From NCBI RefSeq assembly GCF_963921235.1, contig NC_086097.1, positions 93,744,001-93,808,000 on the forward strand: a DNA stretch of 64,000 nucleotides. The letters are read 5' to 3'. The position numbers and the translations under genes were made by a program. How positions within the stretch are numbered: the first letter of the stretch is position 1; every line of letters starts with the position of its first letter. This stretch comes from Mobula hypostoma (taxonomy: Eukaryota). The notes beneath the pieces are model-generated. The model did not search any database and was not told the origin of the DNA. It was given only the letters and a program-made list of their open reading frames with translations. Shown here piece after piece: positions 35,888-48,744 of this stretch.

Positions 35888-38412
35888 TACTGCTGGTGAA
35901 GGTGAGGTATACTGGGGCAAGTCTCCTGTGCCCACTTATCACGATTAGATCTGAGTCGAGCAACATCTGGAATTTACGTTTTTTTAATGCATTTTCAAAT
36001 CTCTGCAGAGCCTTGCCTCGCCCTTTTTCTGCCGTCTTATCCATTCCAAAACCTCTGGGCTCCTAGACAGCTCTGATTTTCATCAGTCACGTTTGCTGAT
36101 CAGGACATCTGAGCTGCAGGGCTCCTCTCCTCGCAGGTCTCTCTGCGTTCACTGTGACTTTCCAGTCGTTCTCAGGGGCTGAGCTCTCAGTCCTCAGGCA
36201 AAGTGAGCAGGGCTTCAGTTGTCCTGCAGTGAGTGAGCTGTTGCAGCGCCTGAGAAAGTGGGTTCAATACAGCTTGCAAACAAGAAATGGATAAAAGGAA
36301 GCTGTGGTGTGTCGGGTAAAGGGCAAAGGAGGGTGACGGTTGGCTCAGAGAGGCAGCTTGAGTTAGATGGCCTGTTCTTTAAACGTCTGGCGGCCTCTTG
36401 TGCTAACTTCCCAGTTCATTGCTGTACTGGAGTGTGTTTGGGTGCATCAGGAACTGGGATGAAAGAGCCCGATGGGATCTCCAAAGAGCTATGAGAGCCA
36501 CTAATCTCTCCTACAGCGAGGGGGTTTACGCAGGATAGTGGGCCAAGGATGGAAGTTTCAGGCTTTTGTGCCTTAAGCCTGATGGAAGGAGAGGGAAAGA
36601 GAGAATGTCCGGTGTGGGTGGGATCTTTGATCATGCTGGCTGTTTAGCTCCCAGACGTATGACTTTGCTCCCTTTCCAAAGGCACTGAATCAATTGGGCA
36701 TGGGCATCTCCACTCCTTGTGGGTCAGCACACATGGAGGAACTAAACAGTGGAAGGTATAGCATGTAGACACACAATACCCAACAGGGGCAGGTAGATAT
36801 GATAGGAAGGGGATTTCTCAAGCATGGAAGATTCAGTCAGAGCCAGCAAACTCAGGAGCAAGTCTTTGCCTGTGATACTCAGAAGCAAGTGAGGCAATAT
36901 CTTCATCACCAAGCTGTGACTTGCTGTTGTGCGGTCCAGGGCTGCCTTCTCCAGTCGACACTGACTCTCACCTGGGATATTAGGCATGTCATGGCCTCAT
37001 TCGTTGTTTTATCTGACCCCCGGGGGGAGAGGTGGAGGCTCTTTAGTGAGACAGAGGGACAAGCTGTGAATAGCCTTCAGCGATATTATAAGTTAGAGTG
37101 GTAATTGGTGCTGTTCATTCACTTTCATGTTAGTATGTAAGGGAAAGGGTTTCCCAATGACTGCCAGAGGTGGCAAACGTGGAACGTTTAATCAGTCAGT
37201 TCTCAGTGTTTTACATAGCTGCACAAAGCAGGGCTTAAAACACTTCGACCTCACCCTTTCCTTAAAGATGCAGTGGGAAACATCTGCCAGCAGATGCATG
37301 GAATCCGCAGGAGGCTATGTGTATCTTCGTGCTAGCCTTTCAGCCTGGAGAGGGGTGAAAACCTCCCATCTCTACCCTCAATGTTTCCCCAACCTGCCCC
37401 TCCCCTACATCACTTAGTTGCTGGGAAAAATCCTTATCTGCTGCTGAATCGGAGTCTGCAGGGTCATCACAGACACATTTACCCAAGTACTGTACTACAG
37501 GGCTGGCTGAAAGGAGGCAGGAAAGTTTGTTCTGTGTTGATGGTTCACAGGCATGAAAAGTAAGTTGCTAGTCTGCAGGAAATTTAGTTTTATGTGTGAG
37601 TGTTCTTAGGGAGGGACCACTTCCTTCCACCCTGTTCTTTCATCCTGTGCTAACTTATTGACAGCCTGTCCTGGCAGATTTACAAGGCGAAGAATTGAAA
37701 GATAATTTTTTTAAAAAGCCTTGACACAACTGTGCATTGCCTCTTTTGGATCTTTTCACAGTATCTTCCAGTTCCCTTCCAGCTCAATTCCTTTTAAATC
37801 ACTGAGGCTGTAACCCACTTCTCAGTTCCCCAGAGCATGGCCATTCCTTTTGCTTCCTTACACGGCCATTTTTATCTGAGTATCTCCCCAGCTAATTATA
37901 CCTCCCACTATGCTGAACAGTTTGCCTAGAGGCAGTCTGTCAGACTCCTTGCAAGTAAAATAAACCAGATCACCTTAGTTACTAATCCCAATAACCATGC
38001 CTTATGTTATCACTCCAGTTCTTGGTCGCCACATTTGCGTTGCTCTCCTCCCAAGCACATTATTGCCCTTTGAACTTTAGATTCTTCCCGTTTATCTCCT
38101 GGAGCAGACTTAACCCCAGGCATCAATGTTCCGTAATATCAACAACCCCGGTCAAGAAGTAGTTCTCTACACCCCATCCTCATCCTGGTTGTCCCAGTCA
38201 ACCCGGGACTTGTCACAGCATAGAGCGGGAGAATTCATTTGGAAAAGGGAAATGCATGGTCAGCAGCAAAATAGTTTTGTTTCAAGTCAAAAAATTTTTG
38301 GGTTTTTTTTTCCTGGAAGAAGTCAACTGTGAGAAGTATTTATTTTTAACCTAGAACAAAACTGCAGGGAATTTGGTACCAGTGTAATTTTGATACCTTG
38401 CCTTTTGCACAG

Positions 38413-38573
38413 ACTACAATGGCCAATTGCTTGTCAGTCAATGAGGACTTCATCTTCTGCGGCTGCGCGGATGGCACAGTACGGCTGTTCAACTCCGCCA
38501 ACCTTCACTTCATTGCCACCATGCCCAGGCCGCACCACCTGGGCATGGACATCGCAGCTGCCACGGAGCCCAG
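38413..38573 (+). CDS. MAPKBP1: MAPKBP1 coding exon ([26 protein letters not shown]...AATEP)
   Basis: gcacag acceptor, AG|gtgagg donor, 161 nt, phase 0-2. Translated by hand because the ORF track shows another frame. Confidence 0.93.
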
Positions 38574-38725
38574 GTGAGGTCTAGACTGGACAGGGGGGCA
38601 CTGGGCGGCTTGGGGGATGGTGTGAGAGAGTCCAGGGTGGTTGGGGGAGAGTAACTGCCAAGACTGGGGTGGGGTTAATTGGTCTATGGGATGGCAGTTG
38701 GGAAGGGTTGGTTAATGGATGTAGC

Positions 38726-40139
38726 TCTCATGGTCCGGATCGGGGTCCCTTTAAAATTACTTTGTTTATGTTACGATCTGGACTGGTGACTCCCTGTTTC
38801 CCTTTGGTTCCCTGTTTTCCCGTGTCCCTTGGCCTTGGTGATTAGAGGCAATTTACTCTCGGCTGAACTTGTAGTTTATAGTCTCCGGCTTTCAGCCATT
38901 CGGTGCGGGAGCATTTGCAAAGTCACCAAGGTATGGCGTGCCAATGTCATCTGGCCGGAGCAAGCCCAGTTTCTGCCTGAAGCGAGTGCCGGTAATTTGC
39001 CTTTCCTCACCGGAGCTACCCTGTCAAGTTACCTCGCCAAAGCGAGCCTGCAAAGCTTCCTCACCGAGGTGGGTCCATCAGTTAACTCGCCGGAGGGAAT
39101 CAAGAACTGCTGTCTACTGTTCCCAGGCCGAGTCGAGAGCTCGCCACCACCCGGAGGCTCCAAGTCAAGTCCTGGCTTTGGGGGCATTCAGGTACCAAGT
39201 CAAGTTCTGGCCCTGGCGGCTTCCAAGTACCAAGTCAAGTCCTGGCCCTGGCGGCATCCACATACCGAGTCAAGTCCCGGCCCTGGCAGCATCCAAGTTC
39301 CGAGTCAAGTCCCGGCCCTGGCGGCATCCAAGTTCCGAGTCAAGTCCTGGTCCTGGCGGCTTCCAAGTTCCGAGTCATGTCCTGGCCCTGGCGGTCTGTG
39401 ATTCCTGTCCTACCCCCCTGTCTGTATCCCTTCTCTGCCCCTCTTGCCTCTAGCCCTCGTCTGCAGGCCTCGCCTGCACCTTGGTCTAGTTCTGTCGCCG
39501 GAGCTAGATAGGTACTGTCTGGTGTTCTTTGGTGTTGGTCTCATCTTGTCCTTGCCTCCATGGGGTAAGTCAGGCTGTCTTGCCATTGCCCCACGGGGGG
39601 TCATGTCGTGTCTTGTCTTGTCCTCGCCTCCGTGGGGTAAGTCAGGCCGTCTTGCCGTTGCCCCGCGGGGGGTCATGAGTCCCGGCCCTATGTCCTGTGC
39701 CCAAGGAGGGGTCCTGGCTCTCTGTTCTGTGTGTGAGTCCCGGCCCTATGTCCTGTTCCCAAGGAGGGGTCCCGACTCTGTGTTCTGTGTATGTGTCCAT
39801 GGTTCCATGTACCTGCTCCCCTAGACCAAGGCTCTGTCCATGCCTGGTTCTGGGGTCTGAGCCCGGGGCACGACCCAGGTACTGGGTCCTTGCCCAGTCT
39901 CTGGCTCGGAGTCCATACCCTAGCCTCTTCATGTCTCCTCTAGTTCTGGGAGCCGATTCCGAGTCCTAGCCCAGACCCTTGGTCCCAGCCTAGTCGTAGT
40001 CGTGAGTCCTTGTCCAGTTCGCTACTCCTGCTCCTGCCTTGCTCTCCTGGTATCGAACAATAAACTAAATCTAAGTAACCTCACAAGATGTGTCTTGCAT
40101 TTGGGTCCACCCTTGCTCCCAGTGCCCCCCATTGTGACA
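38726..40139 (+). mobile_element. Long solo LTR-like element (1.4 kb) with internal tandem repeats
   Basis: 5-bp TSD gtagc at 38721-38725 and 40140-40144; tctca...tgaca termini; AATAAA at 40059. Confidence 0.8.
39160..39395 (+). repeat. 35-bp tandem repeat inside the LTR
   Basis: About 6-7 copies of gagtcaagtcccggccctggcggcatccaagttcc. Confidence 0.9.
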
Positions 40140-40231
40140 GTAGCTGCGTAGAGGGGTGCCTTGGCCAAAGTGGTAGTGTGTTGTGTGGGGTGGGGGGTGG
40201 CTGGGGATTAGCGTAATGGTGGGGAAGGAGT

Positions 40232-40518
40232 GGGGGATAGCACAGTAGCCTAGTGGTTAGCACAACGCTTTACAGTACAGGAGACCCGGGTTCAATTCCT
40301 GCTGCAGCCTGTAGGGAGTTTGTAGGTTCTCCCCGTGACCATGTGGGTTTCCTCCGGGTGCTCCGGTTTCCTCCCACAGTCCAAAGCCACACCGTTTGGT
40401 AGGTTGTAAGTTGTCCCGTGACTAGGCTGGGGTTAAATTGGGGGATTTCTGGGCAACGTGGCTCAAAGGGCTGGAGGGGCCTATTCCACACTGTATCTCA
40501 ATAAATCAATAAATAAAT
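40232..40518 (+). mobile_element. tRNA-derived SINE (HE1-like), near full-length
   Basis: A-box tagcctagtgg, B-box ggttcaattcc, (aata)n tail. Confidence 0.85.
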
Positions 40519-41312
40519 ATGTTCGTGGTTTGGCAGGGTGGGGTGGGATTGTTTGAGAGTAAAGGGTTGGAGTTGGTGGGAGATGTGGGCACTGGTGGAG
40601 TGGAGCATGTTTAAGTGGTGGTGAGAGCGTGATGCCTGTAGGATGGGGTTTGCAGAGGTGACCTGGGTTGGGTTGGGAATGTTGGACAGTTGGCTGAGGT
40701 GACGTTTGGGGAAGGGGTGAGAGTGCTGATGGGTTTGGTCTGGCAGAGGTGAGACAGTGAGGGAGCTGCCCCTCGGTATGAATAAGTGGCCCCAACCTGT
40801 TCACAACACTGTGACTGGGTTCAGCAAAAGGTTCACAGGAAGCTAAATAAACTGGCCACCCGCGTCTATAAATGCAGGTCACACTGTGGCTACCTGTCAG
40901 CTCTCAGCCAGGTGGGCCTGGAGGGGGAGGGTCACACAGGAAAGCACCAGTGCATGAAATCACTCGGACCCTCCCCAGCTTATGATCACCCGAGCTATGG
41001 ACACCCCACACATTCAAACAAGTTCCCGTAATTATTGATAAATTCAAGTGCTGAGGCAGTCTTGAGAAAAAGAAACTTGTTTACGTGTAACCTTCTCACA
41101 GTAATCAGACACCACTGTTGCTGAAGAATGGCAGGCAGTCTCACTGGAGGAGGCCATGCTTTGGAAACTGACAAGCAATCCGTCCTGTTGATACTCGTGT
41201 GACTAAATCCTGTTACACAATGTCACATGAGTTGATACTTCAAGGCCATCAAAGCTACCCATTCAGTGGAGGACACCCTGATTCTGCACCTTCATAACAT
41301 AGGCAGAGCAGG

Positions 41313-41691
41313 NNNNNNNNNNNNNNNNNNNNNNNNNNNNNNNNNNNNNNNNNNNNNNNNNNNNNNNNNNNNNNNNNNNNNNNNNNNNNNNNNNNNNNNN
41401 NNNNNNNNNNNNNNNNNNNNNNNNNNNNNNNNNNNNNNNNNNNNNNNNNNNNNNNNNNNNNNNNNNNNNNNNNNNNNNNNNNNNNNNNNNNNNNNNNNNN
41501 NNNNNNNNNNNNNNNNNNNNNNNNNNNNNNNNNNNNNNNNNNNNNNNNNNNNNNNNNNNNNNNNNNNNNNNNNNNNNNNNNNNNNNNNNNNNNNNNNNNN
41601 NNNNNNNNNNNNNNNNNNNNNNNNNNNNNNNNNNNNNNNNNNNNNNNNNNNNNNNNNNNNNNNNNNNNNNNNNNNNNNNNNNNNNNNNNNN
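41313..41691. other. Assembly gap
   Basis: N run. Confidence 1.
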
Positions 41692-42099
41692 TACATTGTG
41701 TGTAAGTGTACACATATGTATAGACACCCTGACAGTGGGACAGCAACACCGAGTGAGATTCTCACAGAAAAATTCAGTGAAAGACAGTGATGAGTAGTCA
41801 ATGGGAAAGCAAGACAGCCAGGCAGCATCAGAGAATCACAGGCCTGTACTGCACAGAAACACGCCCTTTCGCCCAACCCATCTGTACTGAAGATAAGCAA
41901 TGTGAGTTAGTACACAAAATCACATTAGTGAGGGCAGTGATGGAAAATCACCACTGCATGGGGGTGAGATACACTGATGTGATGTCAGGTGCACACATTA
42001 ATAAATGGGTACAACATTTCACATGTTGTGATACAGCTGGGAAAGCACAATAGAGAAACCAACAAATATACAAAAAAGGAAGAGATCAAATGACAACAC

Positions 42100-42846
42100 A
42101 AAGATAGAGAGATAATCAATGGGAAAATGCCCCATCTAGAGAGATGATCTGTGGGAGATGCCCCATCTAGAGAGATAATCGATGGAAGTTGCACCAACTA
42201 GAGAGACAATCAGTGGGAGATGCCCCATCCAGAGGGATGATCAGAGGGAAATGCACCATCTAGAGAGACAATCAGAGGGAGATGCACCATTCAGAGAGAC
42301 AATCAGAGGGAGATGCACCATTCAGAGGGATGATCAGAGGGAAATGCACCATCTAGAGAGACAATCAGAGGGAGATGCACCATTCAGAGAGACAATCAGA
42401 GGGAGATGCCCCATCCAGAGGGATGATCAGAGGGAAATGCACCATCTAGAGAGACAATCAGAGGGAGATGCACCATTCAGAGAGACAATCAGAGGGAGAT
42501 GCCCCATTCAGAGAGACAATCAGAGGGAGATGCACCATTCAGAGAGATGATCAGAGGGAGATGCCCCATTCAGAGAGATCATCGATGGGAGATGCACCAT
42601 TCAGAGAGATCATCGATGGGAGATGCACCATTCAGAGAGATCATCGATGGGAGATGCACCATTCAGAGAGATCATCGATGGGAGATGCACCATTCAGAGA
42701 GATCATCGATGGGAGATGCACCATTCAGAGAGATCATCGATGGGAGATGCACCATTCAGAGAGATCATCGATGGGAGATGCACCATTCAGAGAGATCATC
42801 GATGGGAGATGCACCATCTAGAGGGATAATCAGTGGGAGATGCACA
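42100..42846. repeat. 31-bp minisatellite
   Basis: About 24 copies of tcagagagatcatcgatgggagatgcaccat and variants. Confidence 0.95.
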
Positions 42847-44643
42847 TGATAGTGCACAGAGTGGTCTGATAGATGTGCACTGGAGTTAGCTCAGGGTCCT
42901 ACCCAATATTCATCCAGCTCACTGTAGTTGATGATTTTTTACAGTTGCTATCCATGTGACCTTGCTGTGCACAGATCGGCTGCAGTGGCCCCTCGATTAC
43001 AGCAGGACATTCAGTGTTGGAGAGACTTCCTTGGCTTCTCTTGGAGCTACCCTAACGCGGTGACAGGAGCTGAATAAACTCAGGCAGTTTATGTCATGCT
43101 TTTGCTGTAACCAGCATGTTGGAGAGGAGAAATGAGAAGAGGGACTCCTCCTCCTCATCTAATTACTGCTCCCTGCTCACGGTACTCGAAAAATCCCAGC
43201 ACCCCTGCCACTGCTCGGACTGGAAAGAAGACACCAGCACAGAGTGCAGCTGAGGCCACTGGCAAGCCCTCCCCTCAGTAGACGCTTGGGCAGTGCCGAG
43301 CCTTTAGGTGTGGGGAGTTTTGCCCAAGGTTGTGTGTTTCTCTGCTGCTCTCTCCCTGCTGGTGGATCTTGCCGTGAAACAATGCAGGCACAGTGAACGA
43401 TGAATCCGCTGCTTGTTCCAGTGTGGCTGCTGTCAGCATGTGATGCGAGAGTGGGCTCGATGGCATGTGGCTCTGGCAGAAGGAAATCTGTTCACGGCTG
43501 TAGACAAACATGTCACAGGCTTATCAGAAGCTCGACTTCGCACATTGGTCAGTCAACTCTTAAAGCGAAATAAGCACTGTGGAACTGATATCATTAAAAG
43601 AGCAACAAACCTTTTATCATTTTGCTGTTTTTATTTCCTGGAAGTGCTGCAATAAATGGGATCTGCTCCCAACTTCCCCCCGTCACTGAACTTACATTTC
43701 CCTGAGCTCCTTGTCGCTCAGGGCTTTCCTGGACTCACATCTGGGTCTTTCGTAGACTGGTTGCCATAATTAATGCATCAATGTCAGCTAAAGGAGGAAC
43801 TGGTTGGAGTGTTGACTTTGCTAGAAATGTCTGTGTTTCTGTACCCTGTGAATTTATACCAGAAAGGCAGTGTTGACCTGGAGGTATATTGCTGCTGAGT
43901 CAAATCTTTCTTTTCCCTGATTTTCATTTTAAATTACGATGCGGTGATGTAGCAGGTAGTTCTGCTGCCCCAGAGTTTTTGTGACCTGGGTTAAATCCTG
44001 AGCTCTGGTTCTAACTGGAGACAATAAAACAGACTTCAGGAGGAACTGAGCAATGCACTGAGTTCCACCAGCGGTGTGTGTGTGGCTCCTGATTCCAGCA
44101 TCTCCATTCTCCAGTGTCTCTCTGAATCTGACCGGCTGGAGTCTGTACGTTCTCCCTGCTCCTGTTCCTCCCAAATCCCAAAGGTGTATGGTTCGGTGGG
44201 CTAATTGACCACTGTAAACTGCCCCTAGAGTGCACGTGAGGGGTAGAATTCTGGGGCCAGCTGGTGGGAATGTGAGGAGAGTACAATAGGACTGGTGTAA
44301 ATAGATTGTTGATGGTTAGTATAGAACTAGTGGGCAGAAGGGCCTTTTTCTATGCTGACTGTCTCCATAGCTCTACTTATTGTTAGAATAGGATATCACT
44401 GGAAGGGGCAACATCTATTGACCATCCAGAGTCGTTCTGGGAACGTGACGGTGATTAACTGGTGTCTGGCGCTATTGCAGTCATTGTGGTGAAAGCGCCC
44501 TCGACAATATCGGATAGGAACAGGGAGCTCAGTAAACTGAACTAGTGACAATGAAGGCACAGCAGTGCATTTCTAGGTCAGGTTGGATGGGTGACTTGCA
44601 GATGCTAGATGGTAGAGGTTATAGATAGATAGATAGATAGATA

Positions 44644-45996
44644 CAGGTTTCCCCCGCCATCTGAAGGTAAAGTGTTCCTATGAAACGGTTCGTAAGCCGG
44701 AATGTCGTAGAGCGAAGAAGCAATTACCATTTATTTATATGGGAAAAAATTGTGAGCGTGCACAGATCCAAAAATAACCTACCAAATCATGCTAAATAAC
44801 ACATAAAACCTAAAATAACAGTAACATATAGTAAAAGCAGGAATGATATGATAAATACACAGCCTATATAAATTAGAAATACTTCTCTACAACGATTGCC
44901 TGCACTGTTCTCCGTAGTGAAAATCTCACGCAAGCGGTCTCAGCAAAAACACGGCGCCAAGCACCGTCGACAGAAAATCTCACGCAAGCGCTGTCCAGTA
45001 ACCTTTAAGCTATAAAGCTGCCAAATCATACCAAATAACATATAAAAATACACAGACTATATAAAGTAGAAATAATGTATGTGCAGTGTAGTATCACTGA
45101 CCGGAATTGGGACAGCGCCGAGCACGCTGATGATGGTGTGTTAGGCTGAGTCGTCGCAGGTTGGGGTGGTGCAGTGGCCCCCACCCTCTGGGCAGCGACC
45201 CGATACCGATTCGTGGAGAATGCAGGGGTACAGTGGTGGCCGGGACGCACACAGCACGTCTTTAAGAAAAAAGCCAAAATAAACAAGCTAGCTAATTAGG
45301 TGCCGCCCGGCACATAATGGTCGGCCCAGATCAGAAGCGACGCAATCGGCAATCGCCTCTGATCTGGGCAGACATTTACGTGCTGGGCGGCACCTAATTA
45401 ATTAGCTTGTTTATTTTGGCTTTTTTCTTAAAGATGTGCTGTGTGTCTCCCGGCTACTGCTGCATTCTCCGCGAATCGGTATCTGTCTGCGGCCCGGGGT
45501 TTGGGGTGGTGGGACACTGAGGTTTCGATTGTTATCCTTTCCTCTTCCAATTGCATCAGCTCTTCATCTATCAGTTCTTGGTCATGGGATGCCAAAACCT
45601 CTTCAACATTATCTTCGTTAACTTCCACAAGCCAAACTCACTTTGTCCTTGCTTTGTTCATCACAATCGAAACGCTTAATTACGTCTAGTTTTACGCTAA
45701 GTGTAACACCCTTACGAGCTCTTTCAGGCTTTTCCGATACCATAGAACTCATCTTGCTAACGGCTGCTCACAGGCATGTGTTTAAGCAATGCTGGCGAGA
45801 ATGCCGTTCCAAATCCGGGGGAGAGCGGCTGCTCGGGGCGCACGCTGCCTTTTATCTCCCGCACTGCCTTTTATCGCGCGCTGATTTTTTTGTAATAGTG
45901 AAAACACCTTCTGTTAGCGAAAACAGGGAACTAATGTAGGTCTTTCGTAACAGTGAGGTTTCGTAATGCGAACGTTCAAAAAGCAGGGGACACCTG
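44644..45996 (-). mobile_element. Tigger/pogo-like internally deleted DNA transposon
   Basis: TA|caggtttcccccgc...gcaggggacacctg|TA; transposase C-terminal remnant EVNEDNVEEVLASHDQELIDEELMQLEEE. Confidence 0.87.
45172..45519. mobile_element. hAT-like MITE (same family as 11770-12078) inside the Tigger element
   Basis: cagtggccccc...cactg termini; shared tctttaagaaaaaagcc and ctaattaggtgcc arms. Confidence 0.8.
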
Positions 45997-46214
45997 TACT
46001 TCATTGATCCTAAAGGAAGTTACAGTGTCACAGTAGCATTACAGTGCACAGATATAAATATTAGAAGAGAAGTAGAAAGAATTTTAAAAAAGTTAGCACA
46101 CACAGTCCAACAGGAGGTTAGTTGGGTTTAGGAGGAGCAGGGAACACAAAAAGGACCAGATAGGAGAACCCTCTCTTGCGGCATCACTTCCACGTGGAAA
46201 TTGAAACACAGAAT

Positions 46215-46990
46215 GTTAAGCACTTAGCAATACAATACAGGAGCAGGCCTTTTATTGACCATGATGCGAATTTAAACTACCCATTCCCTGCCTGTTCATA
46301 TGCCTGTCTAAATATCTCTTAAACATTGCTATCATATCGATTTCCACCACCTCCCTCAGCAATGAGTTCCAGACACTTACACATTCTCCAAGTTACAAAA
46401 AATTTGCCTCACCAACTTCTTTAAGCTTGTCACTTTCACTTTAAAGCTATACCTTCAAATATTTCCACTGGTCTCAACTTACCCTATCTGTACTGCTCAT
46501 AACTTTATACACTTCTGTCAGTTTGCTCCCTCAGCCTCCAGCACTCCAGAGAAAATGATCCAAGTTTGTCCATCCCCCTCTCCAGGCAGCATCCTGACAG
46601 ACCTCTTTTGCACCTTCTCTGAAGCCTCCTTCATGAAATGTGGCGACCAGACCCTGCACTGTGCTCCAAATGTAACCAAGGCATCTTTTTATCCAGCTGC
46701 ATCATGACTTCCCAGCGGTTATACACCATGCCCTGCTAATGGAGGCAAGTGTACTGTGCCTTCCACTATCAGGGACCCCGTCATCCCTCTATACGTCAGT
46801 GTTCTGAAGTGCCGTGCCATGTACTACGTGCTTTCCTCTGTCAGTTGGCATCTCAAGGTGCAACACTTCACACCTGTCCGGATGAAACGTCATCCTTCAT
46901 TTCTCTTCATGTAGTTCCAACTGATCTGGATTCTGCTCGTCCTTTGACAACCCTCCTCACCATTTACCCCCCAACAGCTGGCCTAGCTGT
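46215..46990 (-). mobile_element. Decayed CR1 fragment
   Basis: Similar to the 4800-5640 CR1 3' region. Confidence 0.7.
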
Positions 46991-47308
46991 GATCAGTTAG
47001 CATGGGCTAGATCTGGGACTCAGGTCACCTGTAAACTCACTTAGACTATTGTGGTGGACTTCCCGCATCACAGTCACGGACTTCCATCACTCCACCGAGA
47101 CTAATTCCTCCAGCTTCCCAATTGACTGAGAGTAGTTTTGAGGGAAGGAAATTCAAAATGGGAGGTTTAATTTTCCAGACCGGAGCTCACCCAAAGTCCA
47201 CTCAGGAGGGCAGTCTGCGAATTAGTTTGCAATACCTTCAGTGCAACGAGAAGGTCCTCCTACTATACGGATCGTTGTTTTGTTAACGGATCTCTCTTTC
47301 TCCTTCAG

Positions 47309-47498
47309 CCATTTATTCACAAATAGAGCAGATGTCAAGTACCCAGACACCATCGCACTGACCTTCGACCCTACAAACCGCTGGCTATCATGTGTGTACA
47401 ATGACCACAGTCTGTATGTGTGGGACGTGAAGGACATTAAAAAAGTTGGGAAGGTGTACTCTGCCCTCTACCATGCATCCTGTGTCTGGAGTGTGGAG
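47309..47498 (+). CDS. MAPKBP1: MAPKBP1 coding exon ([21 protein letters not shown]...CVWSVE)
   Basis: cttcag acceptor, GAG|gtgaga donor, 190 nt, phase 2-0. Confidence 0.95.
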
Positions 47499-48125
47499 GT
47501 GAGACTATGTCAGGAAAACCTGGGATCAACATTCCTCCACAGAAGTTAGGGAACCAATCCATGTAGGATCTGGAAGAGCACATCCATTATAGAATATGGG
47601 ATCTTTAGTCAGTCCAAAGGAGATTGACTCTGTTGGCATTAGAGACAGTCCAAAATACAGACAGTGGCCAATTCTTGTGATGAGAGGATTGTCCTATCAT
47701 GAGAGGCTAAAAAATTTCATCTCTATTCTCTGGAGTTTAGAAGCAGGATGGGTGCTCTAGTTGACACATGTATGATCTTGAGTGGGCACAATACAGTAAA
47801 TGTCGAGGTTTCCTCTCTGGAGTTAATCTCGAAGGAGATTAAGAGTTGATCACTTAAAACTGCGTGTGTAGGAGCTTTTCCCCTTAGATGGTAGTGAATC
47901 TCTGGAATTTTCTACTCCGGGAATTTGTGGAGGCTAGATCACTAGGTGTATTCAAAGAAGAATGATATAAATATTTGAAAGTTCGGGGAAGTGAGGGCTG
48001 TAGGGAACTGGCACTGTAGATGAGGCATGGTGTGATTAGGCTTGATTGTGTTGGACGGCTAGGTGGGCTTAAGGAGATGTGGCCTGTTCCTGCTCCTGTT
48101 TTCTATGCTGTTGTGTCCTTTTCAG

Positions 48126-48272
48126 GTTTACCCGGAGGTAGAGGACAGTAATCGGGCATGCTTACCACCGTGCTCCTTCATCACCTGCTCATCCGACAAC
48201 ACGCTCCGACTCTGGAACACCGAGAGCTCCAGCAGCCATGGGACCTCGCTGCATCGGAACATGATAAGCAAC
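48126..48272 (+). CDS. MAPKBP1: MAPKBP1 coding exon ([15 protein letters not shown]...HRNMISN)
   Basis: tttcag acceptor, AAC|gtaagt donor, 147 nt, phase 0-0. Confidence 0.95.
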
Positions 48273-48744
48273 GTAAGTATGCCACCAGTCCCCTTCAACC
48301 CCGGACAATCCGCTGTCCTACTGAGATCTGTTCTCCACAATCCAGCTGCAAATTGCAGGACGCCACGTTGGGACTGAATGTTTTGAGTGACAGTCTCTTT
48401 CACCCAGTACCACACATAGCCACTCAGCTAAAATCTAACAGGATAATGTCCCACCCAAGTCCTGAATACTTGCACTGCAATCAAACGGTGTGGAAGCAAT
48501 TTTAATTCCCTGAGCTTCACGTTCCACGTTTTGGTTTGTTCCTCAACCCTTGCTAATTTTCTTTGCTTATTTTAACTCAGAATTGTACTCAGGGTCTTAA
48601 AGTAAGAAGCTATTGAGTGATAATATCAGTAAAGACCACCCTGATAGGACTAGTGTGGAACCTCCGTCCCCCAACACATTGTTGATGCTGTTTCAAATTC
48701 ATTTCCCAGGATCAAGCATTGATGCGTCGATCAGCAGTTCATAG

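Noticed and set aside
38829-39969. Several 90-190 aa ORFs
   Set aside because: They lie inside a GC-rich LTR with tandem repeats and show no domain motifs
41255-41900. Long ORFs containing X (also 34821-35153)
   Set aside because: They span assembly gaps
42100-42846. CRISPR-like appearance of the 31-bp repeats (also the 29-bp array at 61775-64000)
   Set aside because: Repeats are head-to-tail without unique spacers, there are no cas genes, and the context is eukaryotic
42182-42849. Repetitive ORFs (RETIRGRC..., MHHSERSS...)
   Set aside because: These are translations of a 31-bp minisatellite, with no splice or homology support
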